DNA of 62,893 bases, filler included, from Sphacelaria rigidula (taxonomy: Eukaryota): NCBI GenBank assembly GCA_964200075.2. It is 9 parts of 9 records of this genome, joined end to end, with 100 filler letters (N's around TTAATTAATTAA, not from the genome) between each part and the next. Parts side by side here need not be neighbours in the genome. Positions count along the whole stretch, not along the records: positions 28,000 to 34,898 come from CAXNAA020017512.1; positions 34,999 to 41,897 come from CAXNAA020017513.1; positions 41,998 to 48,896 come from CAXNAA020017514.1; 6 more parts are not named here. One strand, written 5' to 3'. Below are positions 32,205-43,665 of this stretch, in pieces. The notes below the pieces were generated by a model. The model was not told where the DNA came from, searched no databases, and saw only the letters and a program-made list of their open reading frames with translations. Position numbers and translations under genes: made by a program. Position 1 is the first letter of the stretch. Every line of letters begins with the position of its first letter.

Positions 32205-34768
32205 GGATCCGTTATGCGATCGATTCCATTGACCGTGACAAATTCACCAATCCGCTGCGAATCCAATTTCTCCCGGTGTATGTATGTTCTCCTGCGCCGG
32301 TCGAACTCTCGCTGCATCATGTCTGCCGCGGTGGTTGGAGACGAAAAACGTTTCAGCGGTGTCTCTCGCTCATATCTGCCCTCTTTTTGTGCAGCGGACT
32401 TGTTTTGCTCTCGGTGACCTTTACCTTGCTATGTCCTCGCTGTGTCCACCAAAAATGTGTTTCTTGCGAGCGGCTCACTACTACTGTTGTATATGCGAGT
32501 GGGGGTGCTTATCATGTGGCAAAGCCAAAACTTACCCCACCGACCCGACAATGCTGGCCATTAAGAGGTCATCATTGTTGGAGGTGTATCTCGGATGGCT
32601 CGCTCGTCTCGTGCTCTCGCGTCTACACGCAAACAGGCTTGAAACTCACGAAAACGCCGCCGTTGCTGTGATGTATGCGTGTTGTATGTGTGTATGCAGG
32701 GTACGCTGGTGCGCAGATTATTCCTCGGTTCGCCACCAATGTCTACTACAATTGTGTGACTACCGATGTGAGTTGCTATTGTCATATTTCGAAGCATACG
32801 TTTACGCATTAATCGAATGCTGCAATGTCCTTTTTGTACGCCGCCGTGCTCCGTTGGGGTAATGTTCATGGTCCAACTGACACCGGTGGAGTGGAGAGAA
32901 CGCGGTTTCGATCCTCGCAAGCTGCTTTGACTTTTTCATCAAAGTATATGATTTTCGCCGTTGAAAGGGTGAGAATGTGAGGAGACGAAGTGTTTTGAGT
33001 CTGCTTTGACGACAGTTGACGCGGTGCGAGAGTAGTGCTGACCCCATCCGCGAGACCGAGAAACAAGGGGTGTTCCGGGGAGGAGTGGGCTGATCCTTCG
33101 GACCACGAACTCTTCCCGAGGGAAGGGAGGGGGGTCAAAAGTGTGACGGGAAAACAAAACATTGCCCCAGCTGCTCTATTTATTCGTCCGCTGGTCATAA
33201 ATGATCATCGTCTGCCCCGCGCGTGGTATTCTCCTCTTTGTAATGCTTTGGCGAAATGTTATTTTTTTCTGGTACACACCTATCATTTTGCTATTTTGTT
33301 TCATTGAGATCAAGTAAGTACCTTCAGGTTGGCGTGTTTCTCGTCGCGCCCGCTTTAAGCGTACGGGAGAGGCTGTTACCATGAATGGTTCACCACGCAC
33401 TCTCTGCAAAGACTGCGTGTTTGCTCGTCTAACTTCAGTCTCTCCAGCGTTGCATGTGTCGGGCTGCCATGTGTTACCAAAGCCACCTATGAATTACATA
33501 TGCCGAAATGTTGAGGTGTACCAGCGCACCGCAAACACTTCGAACGGACACTGCACATCCACATTCCAACCCTTACAAGGCCCCCCGCCATCACATGGCG
33601 CTCGTCTATCGCTACCTCCCCCTCGCGCTGCGCTTGGTAATATCATGATCCAGTGCCTGATCAAGGAGAACGAGAAGATCCGTCGCGATGTATGCGGCTG
33701 CATTCCACTCAACCCCAACCTTCCCATCCAGGTACGCGCCTACGCACATAGCTCCATGATGCACCGTGATTAGTGCGTGTTCAAGTCTGCGCGCCTTTCA
33801 GAGAAGGAAATGTTTTACTTCTAACCTTATGCCCCCTTGAAACGACATCGTAGTGAGCGGTTTAATCAAAACCCATTTTCCCCCTGGCACGTGCCTAGTA
33901 CTAAATTCTCATGCATTGGATCAGCTCCCACGTAGGCCATTGACTCTCCTGGTGGCATTTTTATCATGGCTCATGTGTATTAATGTGTTGCTCTTCCAAA
34001 AGCCCCGTCGTATGTCCAAGGCGCTGCGTTGGCTTGCTGTGTGTAGGCGTGTAGGTATGAATTGCTCCATGAGACTATAACCCCCCCCCCTGGGAACGGC
34101 ATCTGACATCAAAGAGCGTTTTCAAAATAATGCACACCCTAGACATACGGGTTAATGGTTGCAGTAGGCCCATACCTGATGCAGTTTTTCTGGTGCAATT
34201 ATTGGTAATATATCATCCAGGATGTGAAATGATGAGACGTGGATTGTCGCCGATATTCTCTTGATGTTTACTCACTCTCGGTCGATATGCGAATGAAGCG
34301 ATGCATTGACACCACCAGGGCGAGGGAAGCGCGGGCTTGCCTTTGATTGATCCAACCCGCGATACCAACATGTAAGGCAGGCGTGTATCGGAGGAGAGAT
34401 GGGTTGATCCCTTGAGATCACGGACTCGTCCCGAGGAAGGGATGAAGTCGGAATTGAGTAAAACGGGGAAAAATCTGACGTACATATATGCACTCGTTCA
34501 TATTTGCGGTATGCCCCTGCAGTCATGCGCCGACTGCCCTGAGGACGACATTCAGTCCTTTGGCACGGTGGAGAAGCTTTTCAAGACTGAGCAAGACACC
34601 ACGACGCGGTACATCCTCAGTGGTCGCAGGGACAAGTACATGTTCCACCAGGCTAACGTGATCCCCACGCCCACCCCTACCGGAAAAAAGTCGTTGCTGG
34701 AGTACTGGTACGAGGTGGTGTTCGCCAAGATGGCTGAGTTCATCAACACGGACTCCTTCCCCATCATG
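28122..34768 (+). CDS. Partial spliced gene: Agd3-like (carbohydrate esterase family CE18-like) polysaccharide deacetylase catalytic domain. Exons 28122-28217, 29267-29386, 30127-30208, 30768-30974, 31494-31730, 32700-32767, 33654-33731, 34523-34768.
   Basis: Eight AG/GT exons with compatible phases give one open frame: GERRFSLGGVVDDHFLSTG...FAFNGLG...FHWQSHTYSHLARDN...MTSPGITGLFN...PGDNT...NGYAGAQIIPRFATNVYYNC...RDKYMFHQAN...SLLEYWYEVV. Order and wording match fungal Agd3 as I recall it (G.RR..L..QVDD, H.SHTFTH, PPAITGLHN, GDNT, NGY.G..I.PRWAT.IYYNC, DPFMFHQAN). Confidence 0.85.
32836..33160 (+). mobile_element. tRNA-derived SINE family C, diverged full-length copy (intronic)
   Basis: Head GTACGCCGCCG...TCCAACTGACACC...CGCGGTTTCGATCC and body TTTGACGACAGTTGACGCGGTGCGAGAGT are colinear with 62304-62643. 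Confidence 0.75.
34305..34472 (+). mobile_element. SINE family C, internally deleted copy (intronic)
   Basis: TGACACCACCAGGGCGAGGGAAGCGCGGG joined to TGATCCAACCCGCGATACCAA...GATGGGTTGATCCCTTGAGATCACGGACTCGTCCCGAGGAAG. Confidence 0.7.
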
Positions 34769-34844
34769 GTGAGATACGCGCAACACATATTCGGTATACT
34801 CTGTCGCTGCCCTGCCATAACCCGGCCGCTTCGTGTTATCAGCT

Positions 34845-34898
34845 GAGTGATGCTACGGTAGGGGTAGAGAAATAATTTCTGAGATTAGAATTGTTAGG
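34845..34898 (-). mobile_element. End of the GAG-terminal MITE (copy 5), cut by the contig end
   Basis: GAGTGATGCTACGGTAGGGGT...TTTCTGAGATTAGAATTGTTAGG, as at 8717-8770. Confidence 0.85.
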
Positions 34899-36383
34899 NN
34901 NNNNNNNNNNNNNNNNNNNNNNNNNNNNNNNNNNNNNNNNNNTTAATTAATTAANNNNNNNNNNNNNNNNNNNNNNNNNNNNNNNNNNNNNNNNNNNNTT
35001 CAGCTGGAAGATGTGGCTGAGAAGCTCGGCCAGGACGCTGCCAGGCGTTTCGCCGAAAAAGCTGCAACAGCGGTTGGGGCAGCCCATTGCCCCCCGGCTC
35101 ACACCGATCCCCCCGCTCGCTTACTAAACGTCAACACAGTAACCGCGGCAAGTGAAAACGCTGCGAGGCACGCAAGATTATGTAGGAGACACCAGGCGGA
35201 CGTGATTGCAAGCTTCCAGACAGGCGATATACTAGCAAAATGGTCGACAAACGACCGGGACAGCCTTTCGCAACCAGCCTAACACAACTACAAGTACAGT
35301 CAGTAACTACAGTTCACTACAGTCCAGTAAAACTGAATAACGATGTAACGGTCTTCTTTGCCAGAAGACAGAAGGTATGCAATGTCATTGCATGAAATAC
35401 CAACGCCACCCACGAGGACAGACGGTCCAAAGGCGATAGCGCCAGCCGGAGTAACACACCTCACGCCGCACAAAGTACGGCTGTGCAACGTTCAGACATG
35501 ACCAACCCCCAGTATAGAGGTGATGTCGTGGGAACGTATAGCACAAAGCACAGGATGAGATATGCCGCAAGATCACAGCCTAGAAAGTGGCAGCCTGTAT
35601 CGGATATGCCAAAGTAACGGCCCCGCCTACGCTGCACCAGGAGTATGTATAACGGTGGGGTACATGACATTCTCGTCGCCGTTATGGAATGATCAAACCG
35701 CAGTTTTGTGCCGTATAAACGCGTATGACAGAGTACAGTAGGGTGTACGGTATGAGTTTACCCTTGACATGAGCGGAAAATATCATGATAACACGCAGTA
35801 CAGAGGAGTAGGTGAACACATCCCCACAGAGCCTAACGGTGACTGTCTGCGAATACAGACAGTAAACGGGGGCGTACGTGAGGTAAATGTGCCGTCGGTT
35901 TCGCCTTTGATATTTCAACTTAGGCGCAAACTTGCTATGACGCGGTACAAAGCATCTACTGCGTGTGCGGCGTGAAGATTGCTCCACGGAGAGTCAGCCG
36001 TGCACTCTGGCCGGGGTTACAAAACACCGACGGGTCGAACAATTCGTCATACCCGTAAAATAGAGAACCTTCGAACCTTCTTTTCTTCCACATTCCATTC
36101 GCACGGATCTGAAAAACACACTTTGGGCGAATCGTTTGCTCAAAAGCTGTAGAACGACAACCATTTCTTGCCCGAAAAAAACGTCGAATGCAAATCGTCA
36201 ATTTTCCATCAACGGTTCCAAAAGGGTTGAACACCGTGGCACAAGAGGACTCGAATGAGATACTTCGCGGTTACAGGATTGACTGATATTGCATGATGCA
36301 GACTTTTCTTTCCTCATGACTTGTCACGGGGCGGGAGCGGCGTGACGAATGCACATCGTCGGTGACGGTCATTTTTTGTAGAT

Positions 36384-39300
36384 ATGGAGAACACGTCGGT
36401 GCTGTCCTACCTCACCACCGTTACAGTGCTTACACGTTTGATTGGGTTCTAAGCTTCAGCAACAGACCCTGCACCCCTGGCTCTGGTGAATATCTCTCCC
36501 CCTACGCAGAAAGCGGCACCGGCGCCACCGCCCGCTAATGTCCCACAGCAACAAACGCGCGGAATGCCAGCCCTTCCCCCTCCCCCTCAAGTCCATTCAG
36601 GTGAGGTATCGATGCGTTAGGGCGGCGCTGCTTGTAGATTGTGCAGTCTGTTGCATCTTCGGCCTTTGGCCCTTTCTTTTACCCAGTGAAGTCTCAAGTG
36701 CATGCGCCTCTACTTCGGATTCAAAGCACTTGGGGCTCAAACTTGAGAGTGAGTCGGAAAAACTAGGCTGATTGGTCTTCCATGTTCCAGCAGACACCCT
36801 GTGCTTATTTTCATTCTCGAAACCATTTTGCTGTGACGGTGCAGGGGTATAAACGTCTTTTTCACGTTCCACGTTTTGCTCGGGGCTGTCGTTAAACATA
36901 TAATGTACGTATATTTTATTGATTCATTGATTTCTAAAGATGTATACATGATGAGATTAAAGCCCATGTTGACGAGATTTGAAAATCATTTTAGAGACAT
37001 CACTGGACTCCGCCCTGCACTTGGTGACTCACTAGCTTATATTACGCAGAAGACATCGCCAGATGACGTTTTTTGAATAAATTTCCGGTTACGCCAATAT
37101 TAAATAGCGCCGCTGGGTGTTGCTGTCGCCCTGAACCAATTCGTGCTGTTTTTCACACATATCATGACGTGTCTACAAACATTGATCATGGTCATCTCTT
37201 GGCCATTTTCCCATCACAGCGTCCAGACATCAGTCATCTTCACCTGGATACCAGCAGCAGCAGCAGCAGCAGCAAGGGTCGCCAGTAGCCGCTCCAGTGA
37301 TGCCACCGCCAGTAGCGTCCGCAGTAACCCAGTCACCGCCGGTGTTTTCCTCACCCCAAGGGCGAGGTATAGACGATCTGGTCAATGAATTTCTCGGAAA
37401 CAACACGCCGCCGCCCCCGGAAGCGACGGACCAAGACTCGGCGATGGCGGACCCGCAAGGGTGGGTTTCGGCGCTGGCACGCCTTGCGAGACGGAGAGCG
37501 TGGGGTACGCTCGTGGATGTTGCGAGTACCATGCTTGTGGTGCATCGGGGCGGGGGCGCTCCCGGACTCACGGTTGAGCAGGCAAGAACGAACATACATA
37601 TCCACTTGCTGTGACTGCACATGAGTCGTATTACATATTCTGTTTCCATTAACGAGGAGGGTTCGTGTTGTGGGGATTTGCGGGCACCTGCGGTTGCTCA
37701 CTCATTTCCTCCTTGCTATTGCTACGTGTTCTAGGCGATGAATGTACGGCTCCGACGTGCATTAGGGCTGTTGAGACTCGGTCGGGGAGTAGAAGCGGCG
37801 GAAGCTGCCGCAGAGGCAAGGGAGGAGGGTAGACAAACAAAGCTCGCACCCGTGAGTATTGCTGCTAGGCTTGCCGCGGCAGGAGCGAAAGCGACCTGTG
37901 GTGGGTCTGCGGAATTGGACGCGGTGGACGAGTTAACTGCACTGAAGGTGATCACAGTTTGTTCATGCGTGATATATATATATATATATATATTTGACGG
38001 ATCGTTGGCATGGCTCCCGCTGTCGTGGTTGGCTTTCCTCATCCGCCGCTCACGTATTTGGAAAAAATTCCCAGCGCAAAAAAAGGAAGACCCCGACGCG
38101 ACGTGAAATGCTGTCCGTGACGCCTAAAAGGCATCTCCGCGTATATCTCACAACCTGCCCATATCGCCCTGCAGCCTCTTGTCATCTCCCCCGTCAACCT
38201 TTTGTGTCTCAACGTACAACCGCGTCTCCTTGTACCCACCGTATGCCAGCTCGAACTGGAGGGCCTCATTGCCACCGCCGTAGCAACTGCTACACCTTCG
38301 TCGCAGCCGGCACCTGACGGCTCTAGCGGCAGAACGTTACCCTTGACCGTTGACCAAGCATCGGTCTGGCGGCGGCGGGTGATGTCCACGTTAGCTAATG
38401 TATTTGTAATGCGAGGTAACTGGCGATTGGCTCTGGACTTGCTGGAGACCATGGGGGAAGAAACTGAGGGAAATGCTAACGTGGGAAGGGGGAGTGGCAC
38501 TGAGAGCACTTGTCGCGTGGAGTTGCTTTCGAGGATTGGTCGAGTTTTTTTGCAATTCGGCGCACTCAAGGACAGCGAAATTTATTTCCGATGTGCGGAG
38601 GAGATTGTTTCGGCGGAAGCAGAAGCAGGAGACAGAGGCCATGTGGGCGACAATGCTAGGGTGGGTGAAAAGCTCCATGAAGAACTGTGGAAATATTCGT
38701 GATTTTCGGAGCAATGGGTAAAGACTCTCAAGAATGTCGTTCGACTTTGTATGTTGCTTCCTGTACGTTGAATATATTGCGAACAGTTAGCCCTGGCATT
38801 TGTGATGACGCCGAATTCTGTACTGTTAATCCCGAGTAGCGAGAGTAGATCATCTGTTGAATGTCATCAATTTCACTTGAAAAAATACGCATGCTCCAGA
38901 TGGACGAACCTTGCGGTCCAAGGGTTGCGGGAAGGAATTGTGCCCGACATCCCGGTGCGCTTTGTTGTTGTCTTTACATTGACAACCGTTCCTATATTTG
39001 CTCTGTACTCTGTGCTGGGCATCTGATGCGGACGCCTTCCGTGGTCACAGGCTAATTACGGCAAAACAGGGTAAAAGAAAATGAAGATGAAATTGGACCT
39101 TGAAAAATTCACACAGACGCTGTAAAAAAGGAAGAAAAAAAAGCAAACGAATAACTCAAAGTAATACTACGAAGTAGTATTGGAAAAAGACGACGGAATT
39201 TAAAAAATTGCTGACCTTGTGAGTCCCGATACCGTATGCAACCATTCGGGCTCATGGAGGCAGGGCCCATTGGTCCACCCCACACGCTAAGCCAAACAGG

Positions 39301-40655
39301 AAGGGCGCCAAACTCAGGGATCCAAGATCACCAACCATCGCGATAAGAATCAAAGGGTTCTATCCCTGTACCTCTAGAGGGACAGCCACGTGTACGAATA
39401 TACTAGGCATCCCAAGAAGAGCACCACATAACAACACACAACCTCGGGGAAGGCATCCATGGAAGACAGGAAATAGAAGAAAAATGAAAGAAAACAAGGG
39501 GAGATGATGGGGAGTCCTGCCACTTCCGCTATGTTCAGTTCCGTACAAGCTGACTACGCATTCTTCCATCTTATCCCTGTTTTTCTGAGACCCTATTTCA
39601 TCGCACGTACATTGTGTGTGGTAAATAGCATGCTGGTTTCGGGGCTTATCTAGGCCTGGCCAAACATCCGAATGTCGCACGTTTACGAAACTCACCCGAA
39701 TATGGCTAGCCGTATGGAGGGCTGATTGCTTACTGGCTCTAATTCTGACTCTTTTACCGTTTGCATGCACGGGCATTTTCACACGCACGCAGATACTGGT
39801 GAACCGTGGTTTGCTTCTGCTGTCCAAGAATGACTTCGTGTCAGCGCAGGAGAATTTTGAGCAGGCTGTGGCAGTGGCAACTGCTGCTCTCAATGCCAAG
39901 CAGAAACAACTCCAGCGCACCGATGGTGAGAAGATAACTTTATTTTCAACAGTACCTTGTTGCAAGGTTTCGCATTAGGGCGCTGCGTTACATGGTACCA
40001 CGCAACGTTAGCCAATCGGTGCAGCAACATCGATGCTGCTGCCGGAAATATTTTGTAGCTGTGGCGCGGGTTCGCATACGCATGCCTCCCGAAGAAACGT
40101 GCCCTTTTTCATGAGTTAGACTTTGTGCATTCAAGGCAACAGTTGATCATATGAAGTTCGTCACAGACCGAACATCATGTTACGCTACTAGCAGAGAAAA
40201 TACAGCAGCCACGGACAGAGAGTAAACTCAACCTAGCAACGGCTTAGATGGTGCATACAAGTGATGAAACACCCGTCGAACACGAATGACGAAGCGCCCC
40301 CTGCCCAATGTCCCACGCAATACCCTACGTGTTTTGGGCTATCGCGGAAACAGCAGACGACTGGGACTGGACGACCTCGGGCGAGGGAACTGAACTACTG
40401 GGCTCCGCCCTGAACAACTTGAGTCTGGCTATGGTGTACTCGTGCGATGTCATGCGAGGGGTGCGAACGCTCGAGGAATTGATCAGGAAAAATCCGCGCC
40501 TTTATATGCTTGATGTGGTGGTCTTCAACCTTTGTACGCTATACGACTTGTCATTCGATGCTGTTGCCAGTGCCACGAAGAAAAGGACGTTGCAGGCGGT
40601 GGGACAGCGGTACCGTCTCGAAGACGTCGACTCCGCGTCCTTCCGCATCAGCTGA
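36384..40655 (+). CDS. TRAPPC12: Trafficking protein particle complex subunit 12 (TPR protein), possibly complete. Exons 36384-36398 (tentative), 36510-36600, 37220-37581, 37735-37947, 38250-38660, 39793-39925, 40354-40655.
   Basis: Spliced frame gives WRRRVMSTLANVFVMRGNWRLALDLL, ELLSRIGRVFLQFGALKDSEIYF, ILVNRGLLLLSKNDFVSAQENF, NNLSLAMVYSCDVMRGVRTLEELIRKNPRLYMLDVVVFNLCTLYDL...KKRTL. This matches TRAPPC12 motifs (LLSGIGRISLQIGD, NNAAVCLLY, VLFNL.T.YEL). The first two exons are low-complexity and less certain. Confidence 0.88.
38962..39350 (-). mobile_element. SINE-like family B with (CAA)n tail, intronic
   Basis: Shares a 39-nt identical core and the tail with 24510-24610; diverged similarity continues (GCT.ACCT...CCG.T.CCG...CCATTCGG). 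Confidence 0.72.
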
Positions 40656-41045
40656 CACGAAATTGCTCTATTTACTTGTTGACTGTTTTGACATTTTTAT
40701 GTGGAATTGCAGTTTGTTCGCAGGGTGTTTCTTTTCATTTCAGAACGGTGCAGTGCTCCTGTTGATGCATTTTCGTCGGCGACACGATTCGGTTTCAGTG
40801 CTGTAGCCTTTGCTGGTGTGTGAGCGATACGTTGCTCCGATAAGACATGATACGTCGGGTTTTTGTTTTGTAGTTGGGGCAGAATTCCCAGCAGCCCAGC
40901 AGTCCAGACACGTCGAGGAAACACCATGGCTACTCGGTTGTGCATCATGAACGCACTCTCTCGGTGGTGACGACTTGGCGCACGGTGCAGTGTACAGCCA
41001 TCCGTTATGCCCCGAAGTTTGGTCGATTCGTCTGCCGCTTCGTTC

Positions 41046-41166
41046 TTACTCGTCGCCACGACTGAACGCCGGAGTACGCACCAGACGTGTCCCAGCGTTG
41101 ATCACCATGATCAAGTCGGAATATTTTATGTGGTACTCTTGGATTGTGACGAGCACGTAAAAGAGA
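41046..41166 (-). CDS. Possible terminal exon of an unknown gene convergent with TRAPPC12
   Basis: Acceptor CTGTGTAG then an open frame LFYVLVTIQEYHIKYSDLIMVINAGTRLVRTPAFSRGDE*. No family recognised. Confidence 0.25.
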
Positions 41167-41997
41167 CTACACAGGTTGGTTGGTTCACGCTTTTGACCCC
41201 AATTTCACTATGCGGCCTAGGCCTCCCGCGATACCAACCCACATGTCGCATACATGCTACCATACTGACCGCCATGGACAGCTGAAGATATTTGTTCGCC
41301 CGTGTTGTGCCAAATGTTCAACCCAACTTTCCGCATCTCCACAGCTTCACACTGTAGTAGTCGCCACCAGCTCAGGAACCTCACGGATTTTTTTTTTCAA
41401 ATCGGTTTCATGAGATCGAAATATACCCCGAAACCATGGTACTTTGATGGTGGTTTTGTCGAGAAATTTCTACAGATGCCACCGACGGAAGACCCAAGAA
41501 GATGTCCCTGAAATGTGTCCTGAGAAATCATAGACTTCCCTCGAACTTTTGCGGCTTCCGGAGATCCCCACGAATAGACTCCCCGAAGGTGGTTGAGAAC
41601 ACCTTGAAATAAAAAAAGAAGCAAAATTCGTCAAGGCGTAGTCCAAGGGACACGTAATGAAGTGTCGATGCGTTACTGAATATGCTGATACAAGGGGGTT
41701 GTTTTGACGTCAAACGTACTCGAAAAAGTCATTACAAAACTAGAGCGAAGGAGTTATAATGGGATTTTTACCTTTAACAGTGTTTTCGTGAGATTGAGAG
41801 TATATGATACGATTGAGAGTGAAAAGCGGTCAATCAGTGAATGACTGGATTGCGTCGCGTAAGGCACTACTATAGGTCTCAATGTGCTCTTTGCAATNNN
41901 NNNNNNNNNNNNNNNNNNNNNNNNNNNNNNNNNNNNNNNNNTTAATTAATTAANNNNNNNNNNNNNNNNNNNNNNNNNNNNNNNNNNNNNNNNNNNN

Positions 41998-42072
41998 CGC
42001 CCCAAAGCCTACTGATTATCTTGCATTTGGATGACAGCCTACAATGAGTTGCTTTATTTCCTGATATCGCCA
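41998..42072 (-). mobile_element. Internal fragment of SINE-like family A at the contig start
   Basis: GCCTACTGATT.TCTTGCAT...GATGACAGCCTACAATGAGTTGCTTTATTT.CTG.TATCGCCA matches 4222-4287. Confidence 0.85.
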
Positions 42073-43499
42073 TATTAAGGGGAGAGATCCTGAGAAGTGA
42101 GGTTAGACAAAAAAATAAGGAGTCTCAACCTCAAACCGGTGAATTGATTCATTCCCTGAGGGAAAAAGCAAACGTACTTGATGACTTTTTTGTCGGCCCA
42201 TCTCAATTGTTGTCTTGGCGTCTCCTTTTATTATTTTTTTCAAGTATTCTGTTTGGTTGTTTGGTTGTTTTTGTTTCACGTGTAGAGTCCCAGCAATAGT
42301 GATGAGAGTTGTATGTCTCGTAAGGAAAAGCAGGGACGGTATCAGAAAGACGAGCCTACGTCTGTGACCACGGGTACGAGAGATAGGAGTAGTGTGTGGA
42401 AACAATAATGATAATGTTGCCCCGCGATCGCGTGGAACCTGTTCCAGCGCATTTTGCCGACCATTTAAACTCACAGCGCTGAGCCAAAGCGCTATTTTAC
42501 CCGCACTTTGGGGTTATTGAATGTCTCGGGATCTGACGCTTTCGCTTAGTGCTGTGGGTTAACAAAGTGAGTGGAAGGAACTGAATATAGTTTGCACACG
42601 ATCGAGGGGCATTAGACCGACAAAAACGTCATTGAGTACAACAATTTTTCCATCGGGGAATGCACTGTTTTGGAGTTGAAACTCTCTTATGTTCAACCTC
42701 ATTTCTCAGGATCCTCTCTTTTATGTGGTATGTCGTAATATTTCGGGTATCGCCAGTTCCTGGCGATGGACACGGGCTGCACACGGACGAGGGTAGCTGT
42801 CGTTGCTTATCACTCTTGACTGCAACAAGTGACCTTCGGTGAACCTTTGTGGCGCTTCTCTCTGGGAAATGTCGGGCTGAACTCCGAGTTAGGAGTCCTA
42901 AATGTGCGCAAAAAATGCAACAGGCACAAGAAAATGTGCATTTGGTAAAGCCCCAGATCGTGACAGGGTGAGCGGCATGATGACACTGACTCACACCGAC
43001 ACCCGCGCGCCATATAGCATCTGCACGGCACCTCTGACTGTAGCGAACGAAGCTGTCGACACAGTTGAAGCCATGAGGCATGGGTGGGCGTTGTACCGAA
43101 CACTATCCCCCGGCCCTGTGACGTACGCTTGTGCATGTGTCCACATCTCTACCGAGCTCCCGCAGGGGTGCAGAGGTGACTCCAGAATGTTTCGGTACGT
43201 GAGATACCCGGCGTAGCCGTAGGTGGTGTACCATTTGATGGTTTATTGATGTCATTTTCCATTTTTTTTCAATCATTTTTGTGAGTTTATCGACCACGGC
43301 TGGAGGGACCGCCGTGAAACTTGGTGTACTATTATAGTCGGGCAAAACGCACAGAGAGCATCTACACCAGTCGGTGGCTCCTTTCGGCCTGCAGGCCAAT
43401 TGAACAAAGCGGAACAGTAGACCTAAAGCTCTGGTCGTATATTAATGGTTGACACAATGACTACTTGATTTCAGAGCTGAGAAAGTTCTCAGAAAATCT

Positions 43500-43665
43500 A
43501 TGGTTTTGTTCTTTCTTTTTTTTTCCGTTCCTGTTTTTTTTTCTCTTCTTTTTTTTTTTTTAAGCGTGTTTCAGTTTCGTTTTTTTTGGGTACGTCTACC
43601 ATGAGACCACGGCTGGACCCCTGGGGGGTCAGTTAAAGTGCGACAATTAATCAATCAAATCATCA
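43500..43665 (+). mobile_element. Retroelement 3' end with (AATC)n-like tail (RTE-type SINE/LINE remnant)
   Basis: T-rich tract, then TACCATGAGACCACGGCTGGACCCCTGGGGGGTCAGTTAAAGTGCGACAATTAATCAATCAAATCATC. Confidence 0.55.

Noticed and set aside
32171-32205. (GT)n(AT)n and other microsatellites (19766-19796, 37972-37993, 49473-49500, 59109-59129) and the CAG/polyQ run at 37252-37274
   Set aside because: Ordinary simple repeats with nothing unusual.
34999-35282. ORF AEKLGQDAARRFAEKAA... at the contig start
   Set aside because: Truncated, with no recognisable motif or splice support, so it cannot be called.
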